Assembly (NCBI GenBank): GCA_964016885.1
Contig: OZ024743.1
Location: 297,352,001 to 297,416,000, forward strand
DNA: 64,000 nucleotides
DNA from: Eledone cirrhosa
Taxonomy: Eukaryota
Reading direction: 5' to 3'
Part shown: positions 25,901 to 40,779 of the stretch, piece after piece
How positions within the stretch are numbered: the first letter of the stretch is position 1
How the letters are laid out: each line of letters opens with the position of its first letter
Made by a program: the position numbers and the translations under genes
The notes under the pieces: generated by a model
Seen by the model: only the letters and a program-made list of their open reading frames with translations
Told to the model about the DNA's origin: nothing
Databases searched by the model: none

Positions 25901-28900
25901 GTTAGGAGAGGAGATACCAGTGACGTATGTAAGCGTTAGGAGAGGAGATACCAGTGACGTATGTAAGAGTTAGGAGAGGAGATATCAGTGACGTATGTCA
26001 GAGTTAGGATAGGAGATACCAGTGACGTATTTAATTGTTAGGGGAGGAGATACCAGTGACGTATGTAAGTGTTAGGGGAAGAGATACCAGTGACGTATGT
26101 AAGAGCTAGGGGAGGAGATACCAGTGACGTATGTAAGAGTTAGGAGAGGAGATACCAGTGACGTATGTAAGAGTTAGGAGAGGAGATACCAGTGACGTAT
26201 GTAAGAGTTAGGAGAGGAGATTCCAGTGACGTATGTAAGAGTTAGGAGAGGAGATACCAGTGACGTATGTAAGAGTTAGGAGAGGAGATACCAGTGACGT
26301 ATGTAAGAGTTAGGAGAGGACATACCAGTGACGTATGGAAGAGTTAGGAAGGAGATATCAGCGACGTATGTAAGAGTTAGCAAGGAGATACCAGTGACGT
26401 ATGTAAGAGTTAGGGGAGGAGATACCAGTGACGTATGTAAGAGTTAGGAGAGGAGATACCAGTGACGTATGTAAGAGTTAGGAGAGGAGATACCAGTGAC
26501 GTATGGAAGAGTTAGGAAGGAGATATCAGTGACGTATGTAAGAGTTAGGAGAGGAGATACCAGTGACGTATGTAAGAGTTAGGAGAGGAGATACCAGTGA
26601 CGTATGTAAGAGTTAGGAGAGGAGATACCAGTGACGTTTGTAAGAGTTAGGAGAGGAGATACCAATGACGTATGTATGAGTTTGGAGAGGAGATACCAGT
26701 GACGTATGTAAGAGTTATGAAGGAGATATCAGTGACGTATGTAAGAGTTAGTAGAGGAGATACCAGTGACGTATGTAAGAGTTCGGAGAAGAGATACCAG
26801 TGACGTACGTAAGAGTTAGGAGAGGAGATACCAGTGACGTATGTAAGAGTTAGGAGAGGAGATACCACTGACGTATGTAAGAGTTAGGAGAGGATATACC
26901 AGTGACGTATGTAACAGTTAGGAGAGGAGATACCAGTGACGTATGTAAGAGTTAGGGGAGGAGATACCAGTGACGTATGTCAGAGTTAGGAGAGGAGATA
27001 CCAGTGACGTATGTAAGCGTTAGGAGAGGAGATACCAGTGACGTATGTAAGAGTTAGGAGAGGAGATATCAGTGACGTATGTCAGAGTTAGGATAGGAGA
27101 TACCAGTGACGTATTTAAGTGTTAGGGGAGGAGATACCAGTGCCGTATGTAAGTGTTAGGGGAGGAGATACCAGTGACGTATGTAAGAGTTAGGAGAGGA
27201 GATACTAGTGACGTATGTAAGAGTTAGGAGAGGAGATATCAGTGACGTATGTCAGAGTTAGGATAGGAGATACCAGTGACGTATTTAAGTGTTAGGGGAG
27301 GAGATACCAGTGCCGTATGTAAGAGTTAGGAGAGGAGATACTAGTGACGTATGTAAGAGTTAGGAGAGGAGATATCAGTGACGTATGTCAGAGTTAGGAG
27401 AGGATATACCAGTGACGTATGTAAGAGTTAGGGGAGGAGATACCAGTGACGTATGTAAGAGTTATGAGAGGGGATACCCGTGACGTATGTAAGAGTTAGG
27501 AGAGGAGATACCAGTGACGTATGTAAGAGTTAGGGGAGGAGATACCAGTGACGTATGTAAGAGTTTGGAGAAGAGATACCATTGACGTATGTAAGAGTTA
27601 GGAGAGGAGATATCAATGACGTATGTAAGAGTTAGGAGAGGAGATACCAGTGACGTATGTAAGAGTTAGGAGAGGAGATACCAGTGACGTATGTAAGAGT
27701 TATGAGAGGGGATACCCGTGACGTATGTAAGAGTTAGGAGAGGAGATACCAGTGACGTATGTAAGAGTTAGGGGAGGAGATACCAGTGACGTATGTAAGA
27801 GTTTGGAGAAGAGATACCATTGACGTATGTAAGAGTTAGGAGAGGAGATATCAATGACGTATGTAAGAGTTAGGAGAGGAGATACCAGTGACGTATGTAA
27901 GTGTTACGAGAGGAGATATCAGTGACGTATGTAAGAGTTAGGAGAGGAGATACCAGTGACGTATGTAAGAGTTAGGAGAGGAGATACCAGTGACGTATGT
28001 AAGAGTTAGGAGAGGAGATACCAGTGACGTATGTAAGAGTTAGGGGAGGAGATACCAGTGACGTATGTAAGAGTTAGGAGAGGATATACCAGTGACGTAT
28101 GTAAGAGTTAGGAGAGGAGATACCAGTGACGTATGTAAGAGTTAGGAAGGAGATACCAGTGCCGTATGTAAGTGTTACGAGAGGAGATACCAGTGACGTA
28201 TGTAAGAGCTAGGGGAGGAGATACCAGTGACGTATGTAAGAGTTAGGAGAGGAGATACCAGTGCCGTATGTAAGAGTTAGGGGAGGAGATACCAGTGACG
28301 TATGTAAGAGTTAGGAGAGGAGATACCAGTGCCGTATGTAAGAGTTAGGGGAGGAGATACCAGTGACGTATGGAAGAGTTAGGAGATACCAGTGACGTAT
28401 GCAAGAGTTAGGAGAGGAGATTCCAGTGACGTATGTAAGAGTTAGGAGAGGAGATACCAGTGACGTATGTAAGAGTTAGGAGAGGAGATACCAGTGACGT
28501 ATGTAAGAGTTAGGAGAGGAGATACCAGTGACGTATGGAAGAGTTAGGAAGGAGATATCAGCGACGTATGTAAGAGTTAGCAAGGAGATACCAGTGACGT
28601 ATGTAAGAGTTAGGGGAGGAGATACCAGTGACGTATGTCAGAGTTAGGAGAGGAGATACCAGTGACGTATGTAAGCGTTAGGAGAGGAGATACCAGTGAC
28701 GTATGTAAGAGTTAGGAGAGGAGATATCAGTGACGTATGTCAGAGTTAGGATAGGAGATACCAGTGACGTATTTAATTGTTAGGGGAGGAGATACCAGTG
28801 ACGTATGTAAGTGTTAGGGGAAGAGATACCAGTGACGTATGTAAGAGCTAGGGGAGGAGATACCAGTGACGTATGTAAGAGTTAGGAGAGGAGATACCAG

Positions 28901-30800
28901 TGACGTATGTAAGAGTTAGGAGAGGAGATACCAGTGACGTATGTAAGAGTTAGGAGAGGAGATTCCAGTGACGTATGTAAGAGTTAGGAGAGGAGATACC
29001 AGTGACGTATGTAAGAGTTAGGAGAGGAGATACCAGTGACGTATGTAAGAGTTAGGAGAGGACATACCAGTGACGTATGGAAGAGTTAGGAAGGAGATAT
29101 CAGCGACGTATGTAAGAGTTAGCAAGGAGATACCAGTGACGTATGTAAGAGTTAGGGGAGGAGATACCAGTGACGTATGTAAGAGTTAGGAGAGGAGATA
29201 CCAGTGACGTATGTAAGAGTTAGGAGAGGAGATACCAGTGACGTATGGAAGAGTTAGGAAGGAGATATCAGTGACGTATGTAAGAGTTAGGAGAGGAGAT
29301 ACCAGTGACGTATGTAAGAGTTAGGAGAGGAGATACCAGTGACGTATGTAAGAGTTAGGAGAGGAGATACCAGTGACGTTTGTAAGAGTTAGGAGAGGAG
29401 ATACCAGTGACGTATGTATGAGTTTGGAGAGGAGATACCAGTGACGTATGTAAGAGTTATGAAGGAGATATCAGTGACGTATGTAAGAGTTAGTAGAGGA
29501 GATACCAGTGACGTATGTAAGAGTTCGGAGAAGAGATACCAGTGACGTACGTAAGAGTTAGGAGAGGAGATACCAGTGACGTATGTAAGAGTTAGGAGAG
29601 GAGATACCACTGACGTATGTAAGAGTTAGGAGAGGATATACCAGTGACGTATGTAACAGTTAGGAGAGGAGATACCAGTGACGTATGTAAGAGTTAGGGG
29701 AGGAGATACCAGTGACGTATGTCAGAGTTAGGAGAGGAGATACCAGTGACGTATGTAAGCGTTAGGAGAGGAGATACCAGTGACGTATGTAAGAGTTAGG
29801 AGAGGAGATATCAGTGACGTATGTCAGAGTTAGGATAGGAGATACCAGTGACGTATTTAAGTGTTAGGGGAGGAGATACCAGTGCCGTATGTAAGTGTTA
29901 GGGGAGGAGATACCAGTGACGTATGTAAGAGTTAGGAGAGGAGATACTAGTGACGTATGTAAGAGTTAGGAGAGGAGATATCAGTGACCTATGTCAGAGT
30001 TAGGATAGGAGATACCAGTGACGTATTTAAGTGTTAGGGGAGGAGATACCAGTGCCGTATGTAAGAGTTAGGAGAGGAGATACTAGTGACGTATGTAAGA
30101 GTTAGGAGAGGAGATATCAGTGACGTATGTCAGAGTTAGGAGAGGATATACCAGTGACGTATGTAAGAGTTAGGGGAGGAGATACCAGTGACGTATGTAA
30201 GAGTTATGAGAGGGGATACCCGTGACGTATGTAAGAGTTAGGAGAGGAGATACCAGTGACGTATGTAAGAGTTAGGGGAGGAGATACCAGTGACGTATGT
30301 AAGAGTTTGGAGAAGAGATACCATTGACGTATGTAAGAGTTAGGAGAGGAGATATCAATGACGTATGTAAGAGTTAGGAGAGGAGATACCAGTGACGTAT
30401 GTAAGTGTTACGAGAGGAGATATCAGTGACGTATGTAAGAGTTAGGAGAGGAGATACCAGTGACGTATGTAAGAGTTAGGAGAGGAGATACCAGTGACGT
30501 ATGTAAGAGTTAGGAGAGGAGATACCAGTGACGTATGTAAGAGTTAGGGGAGGAGATACCAGTGACGTATGTAAGAGTTAGGAGAGGATATACCAGTGAC
30601 GTATGTAAGAGTTAGGAGAGGAGATACCAGTGACGTATGTAAGAGTTAGGAAGGAGATACCAGTGCCGTATGTAAGTGTTACGAGAGGAGATACCAGTGA
30701 CGTATGTAAGAGCTAGGGGAGGAGATACCAGTGACGTATGTAAGAGTTAGGAGAGGAGATACCAGTGCCGTATGTAAGAGTTAGGGGAGGAGATACCAGT
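22990..30800 (+). repeat. Three related blocks of ~2.4-2.7 kb; copies 2 and 3 offset by 2,742 bp
   Basis: The 29-bp monomer occurs at ~22991/25631/28373. TTAATTGT at 26031/28773 and CATACC at 26321/29063 are both 2,742 apart. Identical pseudo-ORFs start at 24279/26647/29389. Confidence 0.88.
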
Positions 30801-31329
30801 GACGTATGTAAGAGTTAGGGGAGGAGATACCAGTGACGTATGTAAGAGCTAGGGGAGGAGATACCAGTGACGTATGTAAGAGTTAGGAGAGGAGATATCA
30901 GTGACGTATGTCAGGGTTAGGAAGGAGATACCAGTGCCGTATGTAAGTGTTACGAGAGGAGATACCAGTGACGTATGTAAGAGCTAGGGGAGGAGATACC
31001 AGTGACGTATGTAAGAGTTAGGAGAGGAGATACCAGTGCCGTATGTAAGAGTTAGGGGAGGAGATACCAGTGACGTATGTAAGAGTTAGGGGAGGAGATA
31101 CCAGTGACGTATGTAAGAGCTAGGGGAGGAGATACCAGTGACGTATGTAAGAGTTAGGAGAGGAGATACCAGTGACGTATGTAAGAGTTAGGAGAGGAGA
31201 TACCAGTGACGTATGTAAGAGTTAGGAGAGGAGATACCAGTGACGTATGTAAGAGTTAGGAGAGGAGATACCAGTGACGTATGTAAGAGTTAGGAGAGGA
31301 GATACCAGTGACGTATGTAAGAGTTAGGA

Positions 31330-34300
31330 GAGGAGATACCAGTGACGTATGGAAGAGTTAGGAAGGAGATATCAGCGACGTATGTAAGAGTTAGCAAGGA
31401 GATACCAGTGACGTATGTAAGAGTTAGGGGAGGAGATACCAGTGACGTATGTAAGCGTTAGGAGAGGAGATACCAGTGACGTATTTCAGTGTTAGGGGAG
31501 GAGATACCAGTGCCGTATGTAAGAGTTAGGAAGGAGATACCAGTGACGTATGTAAGAGTTACGAGAGGAGATACCAGTGACGTATGTAATTGTTAGGGGA
31601 GGAGATAGCAGTGACGTATGTAAGAGTTAGGAGAGGAGATACTAGTGACGTATGTAAGAGTTAGGAGAGGAGATATCAGTGACGTATGTCAGAGTTAGGA
31701 GAGGATATACCAGTGACGTATATAAGAGTTAGGGGAGGAGATACCAGTGACGTATGTAAGAGTTATGAGAGGGGATACCCGTGACGTATGTAAGAGTTAG
31801 GAGAGGAGATACCAGTGACGTATGTAAGAGTTAGGGGAGGAGATACCAGTGACGTATGTAAGAGTTTGGAGAGGAGATACCATTCACGTATGTAAGAGTT
31901 AGGAGAGGAGATATCAATGACGTATGTAAGAGTTAGGAGAGGAGATACCAGTGACGTATGTAAGTGTTACGAGAGGAGATATCAGTGACGTATGTAAGAG
32001 TTAGGAGAGGAGATACCAGTGACGTATGTAAGAGTTATGAAGGAGATATCAGTGACGTATGTAAGAGTTAGGAGAGGAGATACCAGTGACGTATGTAAGA
32101 GTTCGGAGAGGAGATACCAGTGACGTACGTAAGAGTTAGGAGAGGAGATACCAGTGACGTATGTAAGAGTTAGGAGAGGAGATACCACTGACGTATGTAA
32201 GAGTTAGGAGAGGATATACCAGTGACGTATGTAACAGTTAGGAGAGGAGATACCAGTGACGTATGTAAGAGTTAGGGGAGGAGATACCAGTGACGTATGT
32301 CAGAGTTAGGAGAGGAGATACCAGTGACGTATGTAAGCGTTAGGAGAGGAGATACCAGTGACGTATGTAAGTGTTAGGGGAGGAGATACCAGTGACGTAT
32401 GTAAGAGTTAGGAGAGGAGATACCAGTGACGTATGTAAGAGTTAGGAGAGGAGATATCAGTGACGTATGTCAGAGTTAGGAAGGACATACCAGTGCCGTA
32501 TGTAAGTGTTACGAGAGGAGATACCAGTGACGTATGTAAGAGCTAGGGGAGGAGATACCAGTGACGTATGTAAGAGTTAGGAGAGGAGATACCAGTGCCG
32601 TATGTAAGAGTTAGGGGAGGAGATACCAGTGACGTATGTAAGAGTTAGGGGAGGAGATACCAGTGACGTATGTAAGAGCTAGGGGAGGAGATACCAGTGA
32701 CGTATGTAAGAGTTAGGAGAGGAGATACCAGTGACGTATGTAAGAGTTAGGAGAGGAGATACCAGTGACGTATGTAAGAGTTAGGAGAGGAGATACCAGT
32801 GACGTATGTAAGAGTTAGGAGAGGAGATACCAGTGACGTATGTAAGAGTTAGGAGAGGAGATACCAGTGACGTATGTAAGAGTTAGGAGAGGAGATACCA
32901 GTGACGTATGGAAGAGTTAGGAAGGAGATATCAGCGACGTATGTAAGAGTTAGCAAGGAGATACCAGTGACGTATGAAAGAGTTAGGGGAGGAGATACCA
33001 GTGACGTATGTAAGAGTTAGGGGAGGAGATACCAGTGACGTATGTCAGAGTTAGGAGAGGAGATACCAGTGACGTATGTAAGCGTTAGGAGAGGAGATAC
33101 CAGTGACGTATTTAAGTGTTAGGGGAGGAGATACCAGTGCCGTATGTAAGAGTTAGGAAGGAGATACCAGTGACGTATGTAAGAGTTACGAGAGGAGATA
33201 CCAGTGACGTATGTAAGTGTTAGGGGAGGAGATACCAGTGACGTATATAAGAGTTAGGAGAGGAGATACTAGTGACGTATGTAAGAGTTAGGAGAGGAGA
33301 TATCAGTGACGTATATCAGAGTTAGGAGAGGAGATACCAGTGACGTATTTAAGTGTTAGGGGAGGAGATACCAGTGCCGTATGTAAGAGTTAGGAAGGAG
33401 ATACCAGTGACGTATGTAAGAGTTACAAGAGGAGATACCAGTGACGTATGTAAGTGTTAGGGGAGGAGATACCAGTGACGTATGTAAGAGTTAGGAGAAG
33501 AGATACTAGTGACGTATGTAAGAGTTAGGAGAGGAGATATCAGTGACGTATGTCAGAGTTAGGAGAGGATATACCAGTGACGTATATAAGAGTTAGGGGA
33601 GGAGATACCAGTGACGTATGTAAGAGTTATGAGAGGGGATACCCGTGACGTATGTAAGAGTTAGGAGAGGAGATACCAGTGACGTATGTAAGAGTTAGGG
33701 GAGGAGATACCATGACGTATGTAAGAGTTTGGAGAGGAGATATCAATGACGTATGTAAGAGTTAGGAGAGGAGATACCAGTGACGTATGTAAGTGTTACG
33801 AGAGGAGATATCAGTGACGTATGTAAGAGTTAGGAGAGGAGATACCAGTGACGTATGTAAGAGTTAGGAGAGGAGATACCAGTGACGTATGTAAGAGTTA
33901 GGAGAGGAGATACCAGTGACGTATGTAAGAGTTAGGAGAGGAGATATCAGTGACGTATGTCAGAGTTAGGAAGGACATACCAGTGCCGTATGTAAGTGTT
34001 ACGAGAGGAGATACCAGTGACGTATGTAAGAGCTAGGGGAGGAGATACCAGTGACGTATGTAAGAGTTAGGAGAGGAGATACCAGTGCCGTATGTAAGAG
34101 TTAGGTGAGGAGATACCAGTGACGTATGTAAGAGTTAGGGGAGGAGATACCAGTGACGTATGTAAGAGCTAGGGGAGGAGATACCAGTGACGTATGTAAG
34201 AGTTAGGAGAGGAGATACCAGTGACGTATGTAAGAGTTAGGAGAGGAGATACCAGTGACGTATGTAAGAGTTAGGAGAGGAGATACCAGTGACGTATGTA

Positions 34301-36000
34301 AGAGTTAGGAGAGGAGATACCAGTGACGTATGTAAGAGTTAGGAGAGGAGATACCAGTGACGTATGTAAGAGTTAGGAGAGGAGATTCCAGTGACGTACG
34401 TAAGAGTTAGGAGAGGAGATACCAGTGACGTATGGAAGAGTTAGGAAGGAGATATCAGTGACGTATGTAAGAGTTAGGAGAGGAGATACCAGTGACGTAT
34501 GAAAGAGTTAAAAGAGGAGATACCAGTGACGTATGTAAGAGTTAGGAGAGGAGATACCAGTGACGTATGGAAGAGTTAGGAAGGAGATATCAGCGACGTA
34601 TGTAAGAGTTAGCAAGGAGATACCAGTGACGTATGTAAGAGTTAGGGGAGGAGATACCAGTGACGTATGTAAGCGTTAGGAGAGGAGATACCAGTGACGT
34701 ATTTCAGTGTTAGGGGAGGAGATACCAGTGCCGTATGTAAGAGTTAGGAAGAAGATACCAGTGACGTATGTAAGAGGTACGAGAGGAGATACCAGTGACG
34801 TATGTAAGTGTTAGGGGAGGAGATAGCAGTGACGTATGTAAGAGTTAGGAGAGGAGATACTAGTGACGTATGTAAGAGTTAGGAGAGGAGATATCAGTGA
34901 CGTATGTCAGAGTTAGGAGAGGATATACCAGTGACGTATATAAGAGTTAGGGGAGGAGATACCAGTGACGTATGTAAGAGTTATGAGAGGGGATACCCGT
35001 GACGTATGTAAGAGTTAGGAGAGGAGATACCAGTGACGTATGTAAGAGTTAGGGGAGGAGATACCAGTGACGTATGTAAGAGTTTGGAGAGGAGATACCA
35101 TTCACGTATGTAAGAGTTAGGAGAGGAGATATCAATGACGTATGTAAGAGTTAGGAGAGGAGATACCAGTGACGTATGTAAGTGTTACGAGAGGAGATAT
35201 CAGTGACGTATGTAAGAGTTAGGAGAGGAGATACCAGTGACGTATGTAAGAGTTATGAAGGAGATATCAGTGACGTATGTAAGAGTTAGGAGAGGAGATA
35301 CCAGTGACGTATGTAAGAGTTCGGAGAGGAGATACCAGTGACGTACGTAAGAGTTAAGAGAGGAGATACCAGTGACGTATGTAAGAGTTAGGAGAGGAGA
35401 TACCACTGACGTATGTAAGAGTTAGGAGAGGATATACCAGTGACGTATGTAACAGTTAGGAGAGGAGATACCAGTGACGTATGTAAGAGTTAGGGGAGGA
35501 GATACCAGTGACGTATGTCAGAGTTAGGAGAGGAGATACCAGTGACGTATGTAAGCGTTAGGAGAGGAGATACCAGTGACGTATGTAAGTGTTAGGGGAG
35601 GAGATACCAGTGACGTATGTAAGAGTTAGGAGAGGAGATACCAGTGACGTATGTAAGAGTTAGGAGAGGAGATATCAGTGACGTATGTCAGAGTTAGGAA
35701 GGACATACCAGTGCCGTATGTAAGTGTTACGAGAGGAGATACCAGTGACGTATGTAAGAGCTAGGGGAGGAGATACCAGTGACGTATGTAAGAGTTAGGA
35801 GAGGAGATACCAGTGCCGTATGTAAGAGTTAGGGGAGGAGATACCAGTGACGTATGTAAGAGTTAGGGGAGGAGATACCAGTGACGTATGTAAGAGCTAG
35901 GGGAGGAGATACCAGTGACGTATGTAAGAGTTAGGAGAGGAGATACCAGTGACGTATGTAAGAGTTAGGAGAGGAGATACCAGTGACGTATGTAAGAGTT
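31330..36000 (+). repeat. Duplicated block with 3,218-bp offset
   Basis: CATTCACG at 31881/35099 and pseudo-ORFs at 31982/35200 are both 3,218 apart. ATTTCAGTG, GATAGCAG and AAGGACATAC variants are shared. Confidence 0.85.
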
Positions 36001-39000
36001 AGGAGAGGAGATACCAGTGACGTATGTAAGAGTTAGGGGAGGAGATACCAGTGACGTATGTAAGAGCTAGGGGAGGAGATACCAGTGACGTATGTAAGAG
36101 TTAGGAGAGGAGATACCAGTGACGTATGTAAGAGTTAGGAGAGGAGATACCAGTGACGTATGTAAGAGTTAGGGGAGGAGATACCAGTGACGTATGTAAG
36201 AGTTAGCAAGGAGATACCAGTGACGTATGTAAGAGTTAGGAGAGGAGATACCAGTGACGTATGGAAGAGTTAGGAAGGAGGTATCAGTGACGTATGTAAG
36301 AGTTAGCAAGGAGATACCAGTGACGTATGTAAGAGTTAGGGGAGGAGATACCAGTGACGTATGTAAGAGTTAGCAAGGAGATACCAGTGACGTATGTAAG
36401 AGTTAGGAGAGGAGATACCAGTGACGTATGGAAGAGTTAGGAAGGAGATATCAGTGACGTATGGAAGAGTTAGGAAGGAGATATCAGTGACGTATGTAAG
36501 AGTTAGGAGAGGAGATACCAGTGACGTATGTAAGAGTTAGGAGAGGAGATACCAGTGCCGTTTGTAAGAGTTAGGAGAGGAGATACCAGTGACGTATGTA
36601 TGAGTTAGGAGAGGAGATACCAGTGACGTATGTAAGAGTTAGGAAGGAGATATCAGTGACGTATGTAAGAGTTAGGAGAGGAGATACCAGTGACGTATGT
36701 AAGAGTTCGGAGAGGAGATACCAGTGACGTATGTAAGAGTTAGGGGAGCAGATACCAGTGACGTATGTAAGAGTTAGGAGAGGAGATACCAGTGACGTAT
36801 GTAAGAGTTAGGAGAGGAGATACTAGTAACGTATGTAAGAGTTAGGAGAGGAGATATCAGTGACGTATGTCAGAGTTAAGAGAGGATATACCAGTGACGT
36901 ATGTAAGAGTTAGGGGAGGAGATACCAGTGACGTATGTAAGAGTTATGAAAGGGGATACCCGTGACGTATGTAAGAGTTAGGAGAGGAGATACCAGTGAC
37001 GTATGTAAGAGTTAGGGGAGGAGATACCAGTGACGTATGTAAGAGTTAGGGGAGGAGATACCAGTGACGTATGTAAGAGTTAGGGGAGGAGATACCAGTG
37101 ACGTATGTAAGAGTTAGGGGAGGAGATACCAGTGACGTGTGTAAGAGTTAGGAGAGGAGACACCAGTGACGTATGTAAGAGTTAGGAGAGGAGATACCAG
37201 TTACGTATGTAAGAGTTAGGGGAGGAGATACCAGTGACGTATAAGAGTTAGGAGAGGAGATACCAGTGACGTATGCAAGAGTTAGGAGAGGAGATACCAG
37301 TGACGTATGTAAGAGTTAGGAGAGGAGATACCAGTGACGTATGTAAGTGTTAGGGAAAGAGATACCAGTGACGTATGTAAGAGTTACGAGAGGAGATACC
37401 AGTGACGTATGTAAGTGTTAGGGGAGGAGATAGCAGTGACGTATGTAAGAGTTAGGAGAGGACATACCAGTGACGTATGTCAGAGTTAGGAGAGGAGATA
37501 TCAGTGACGTATGTCAGAGTTAGGAAGGAGATACCAGTGCCGTATGTAAGTGTTACGAGAGGAGATACGAGTGACGTATGTAAGAGCTAGGGGAGGAGAT
37601 ACCAGTGACGTATGTAAGAGCTAGGGGAGGAGATACCAGTGACGTATGTAAGAGTTAGGAGAGGAGATACCAGTGACGTATGTAAGAGTTAGGAGAGGAG
37701 ATACCAGTGACGTATGTAAGAGTTAGGGGAGGAAATACCAGTGACGTATGTAAGTGTTATGAGAGGAGATATCAGTGACGTAGTAAGAGTTAGGAGAGGA
37801 GATTCCAGTGAAGTATGTAAGAGTTAGGAGAGGAGATACCAGTGACGTATGTAAGAGTTAGGAGAGGAGATACCAGTGACGTATGTAAGAGTTAGGAGAG
37901 GAGATACCAGTGACGTATGTAAGAGTTAGGAGAGGAGATACCAGTGACGTATGGAAGAGTTAGGAAGGAGATATCAGTGACGTATGTAAGAGTTAGCAAG
38001 GAGATACCAGTGACGTATGTAAGAGTTAGGAGAGGAGATACCAGTGACGTATGTAAGAGTTAGGAGAGGAGATACCAGTGACGTATGTAAGAGTTAGGAG
38101 AGGAGATACCAGTGACGTATGTAAGAGTTAGGAGAGGAGATACCAGTGACGTTTGTAAGAGTTAGGAGAGGAGATACCAGTGACGTATGTATGAGTTAGG
38201 AGAGGAGATACCAGTGACGTATGTAAGAGTTAGGAAGGAGATATCAGTGACGTATGTAAGTGTTGGGAGAGGAGATACCAGTGACTTATGTAAGAGTTCG
38301 GAGGGGAGATACCAGTGACGTATGTAAGAGTTAGGAGAGGAGATACCAGTGACGTATGTAAGAGTTAGGAGAGGAGATACCAGTGACGTATGTAAGAGTT
38401 AGGAGAGGAGATACTAGTAACGTATGTAAGAGTTAGGAGAGGAGATATCAGTGACGTATGTCAGAGTTAGGAGAGGATATACCAGTGACGTATGTAAGAG
38501 TTAGGGGAGGAGATACCAGTGACGTATGTAAGAGTTATGAGAGGGGATACCCGTGACGTATGTAAGAGTTAGGAGAGGAGATACCAGTGACGTATGTAAG
38601 AGTTAGGAGAGGAGATACCAGTGACGTATGTAAGAGTTAGGAGAGGAGATACCAGTGACGTATGTAAGTGTTACGAGAGGAGATACCAGTGACGTATGTA
38701 AGAGTTAGGAGAGGAGATATCAATGACGTATGTAAGAGTTAGGAGAGGAGATACCAGTGACGTATGTAAGTGTTACGAGAGGAGATATCAGTGACGCATG
38801 TAAGTGTTAGGGGAGGAGATACCAGTGACGTTTGTAAGAGTTAGGAGAGGAGATACCAGTGACGTATGTAAGAGTTAGGAAAGGAGATATCAATGACGTA
38901 TGTAAGAGTTAGGAGAGGAGATACCAGTGACGTATGTAATAGTTAGGAGAGGAGATACCAGTGACGTATGTAAGTGTTACGAGAGGAGATACCAGTGACG

Positions 39001-40779
39001 TATGTAAGTGTTACGAGAGGAGATACCAGTGACGTAAGTAAGAGTTAGGGGAGGAGACACCAGTGACGTATGTAAGAGTTAGGGGAGGAGATACCAGTGA
39101 CGTATGTAAGAGTTAGGAGAGGAGATACCAGTGACGTATTTAAGAGTTAGGGGAGGAGATACCAGTGACGTATGTAAGAGTTAGGAGAGGAGATACCAGT
39201 GCCGTATGTAAGAGTTAGGGGAGGAGATACCAGTGACGTATGTAAGAGTTAAGGGAGGAGATACCAGTGCCGTATGTAAGAGTTAGGGGAGGAGATACCA
39301 GTGACGTATGTAAGAGTTAGGGGAGGAGATACCAGTGACATATGTAAGAGTTAGGAGAGGAGATACCAGTGACGTATGTAAGAGTTAGGGGAGGAGATAC
39401 CAGTGACGTATGTAAGAGTTAGGAGAGGAAATACCAGTGACGTATGTAAGAGTTAGGGGAGGAGATACTAGTGACATATGTAAGAGATAGGAGAGGAGAT
39501 ACCAGTGCCGTATGTAAGAGTTAGGGGAGGAGATACCAGTGACGTATGTAAGAGTTAGGAAGGAGATATCAGTGACGTATGTCAGAGTTAGGAGAGGAGA
39601 TACCAGTGACGTATGTAAGTGTTAGGAGAGGAGATACCAGTGACGTATGTAAGTGTTACGAGAGGAGATACCAGTGACGTATGTAAGTGTTATGGGAGGA
39701 GATACCAGTGACGTATGTAAGAGTTACGAGAGGAGATACCAGTGACGTATGTAAGAGTTAGGAGAGGAGATACCAGTGACGTATGTAAGAGTTAGGAGAG
39801 GAGATACCAGTGACGTATGTAAGAGTTAGGGGAGGAGATACCAGTGACGTATGTAAGTGTTATGGGAGGAGATACCAGTGACGTATGTAAGAGTTACGAG
39901 AGGAGATACCAGTAACGTCTGTAAGAGTTAGGAGAGGCGATACCAGTGACGTATGTAAGAGTTAGGAGAGGAGATTCCAGTGACGTACGTAAGAGTTAGG
40001 AGAGGAGATACCAGTGACGTATGGAAGAGTTAGGAAGGAGATATCAGTGACGTATGTAAGAGTTAGGAGAGGAGATACCAGTGACGTATGTAAGAGTTAA
40101 AAGAGGAGATACCAGTGACGTATGTAAGAGTTAGGAGAGGAGATACCAGTGACGTATGTAAGTGTTACGAGAGGAGATACCAGTGACGTATGTAAGAGTT
40201 ACGAGAGGAGATACCAGTGACGTATGCAAGTGTTATGAGAGGAGATATCAGTGACGTATGTAAGAGTTAGGAGAGGAGATACCAGTGACGTATGTAAGAG
40301 TTAGGAGAGGAGATACCAGTGACGTATGTAAGAGTTAGGAGAGGAGATACCAGAGACGTATGTAAGAGTTAGGAGAGGAGATACCAGTGACGTATGGAAG
40401 AGTTAGGAAGGACAAATCAGTGACGTATGTAAGAGTTAGCAAGGAGATACCAGTGACGTATGTAAGAGTTAGGGGAGGAGATACCAGTGACGTATGTAAG
40501 AGTTAGGAGAGGAGATACCAGTGACGTATGTAAGAGTTAGGAGAGGAGATACCAGTGACGTATGGAAGAGTTAGGAAGGAGATATCAGTGACGTATGTAA
40601 GAGTTAGGAGAGGAGATACCATTGACGTATGTAAGAGTTAGGAGAGGAGATACCAGTGACGTTTGTAAGAGTTAGGAGAGGAGATACCAGTGACGTATGT
40701 AAGAGTTAGGAGAGGAGATACCAGTGACGTATGTAAGAGTTAGGAAGGAGATATCAGTGACGTATGTAAGAGTTAGGAG

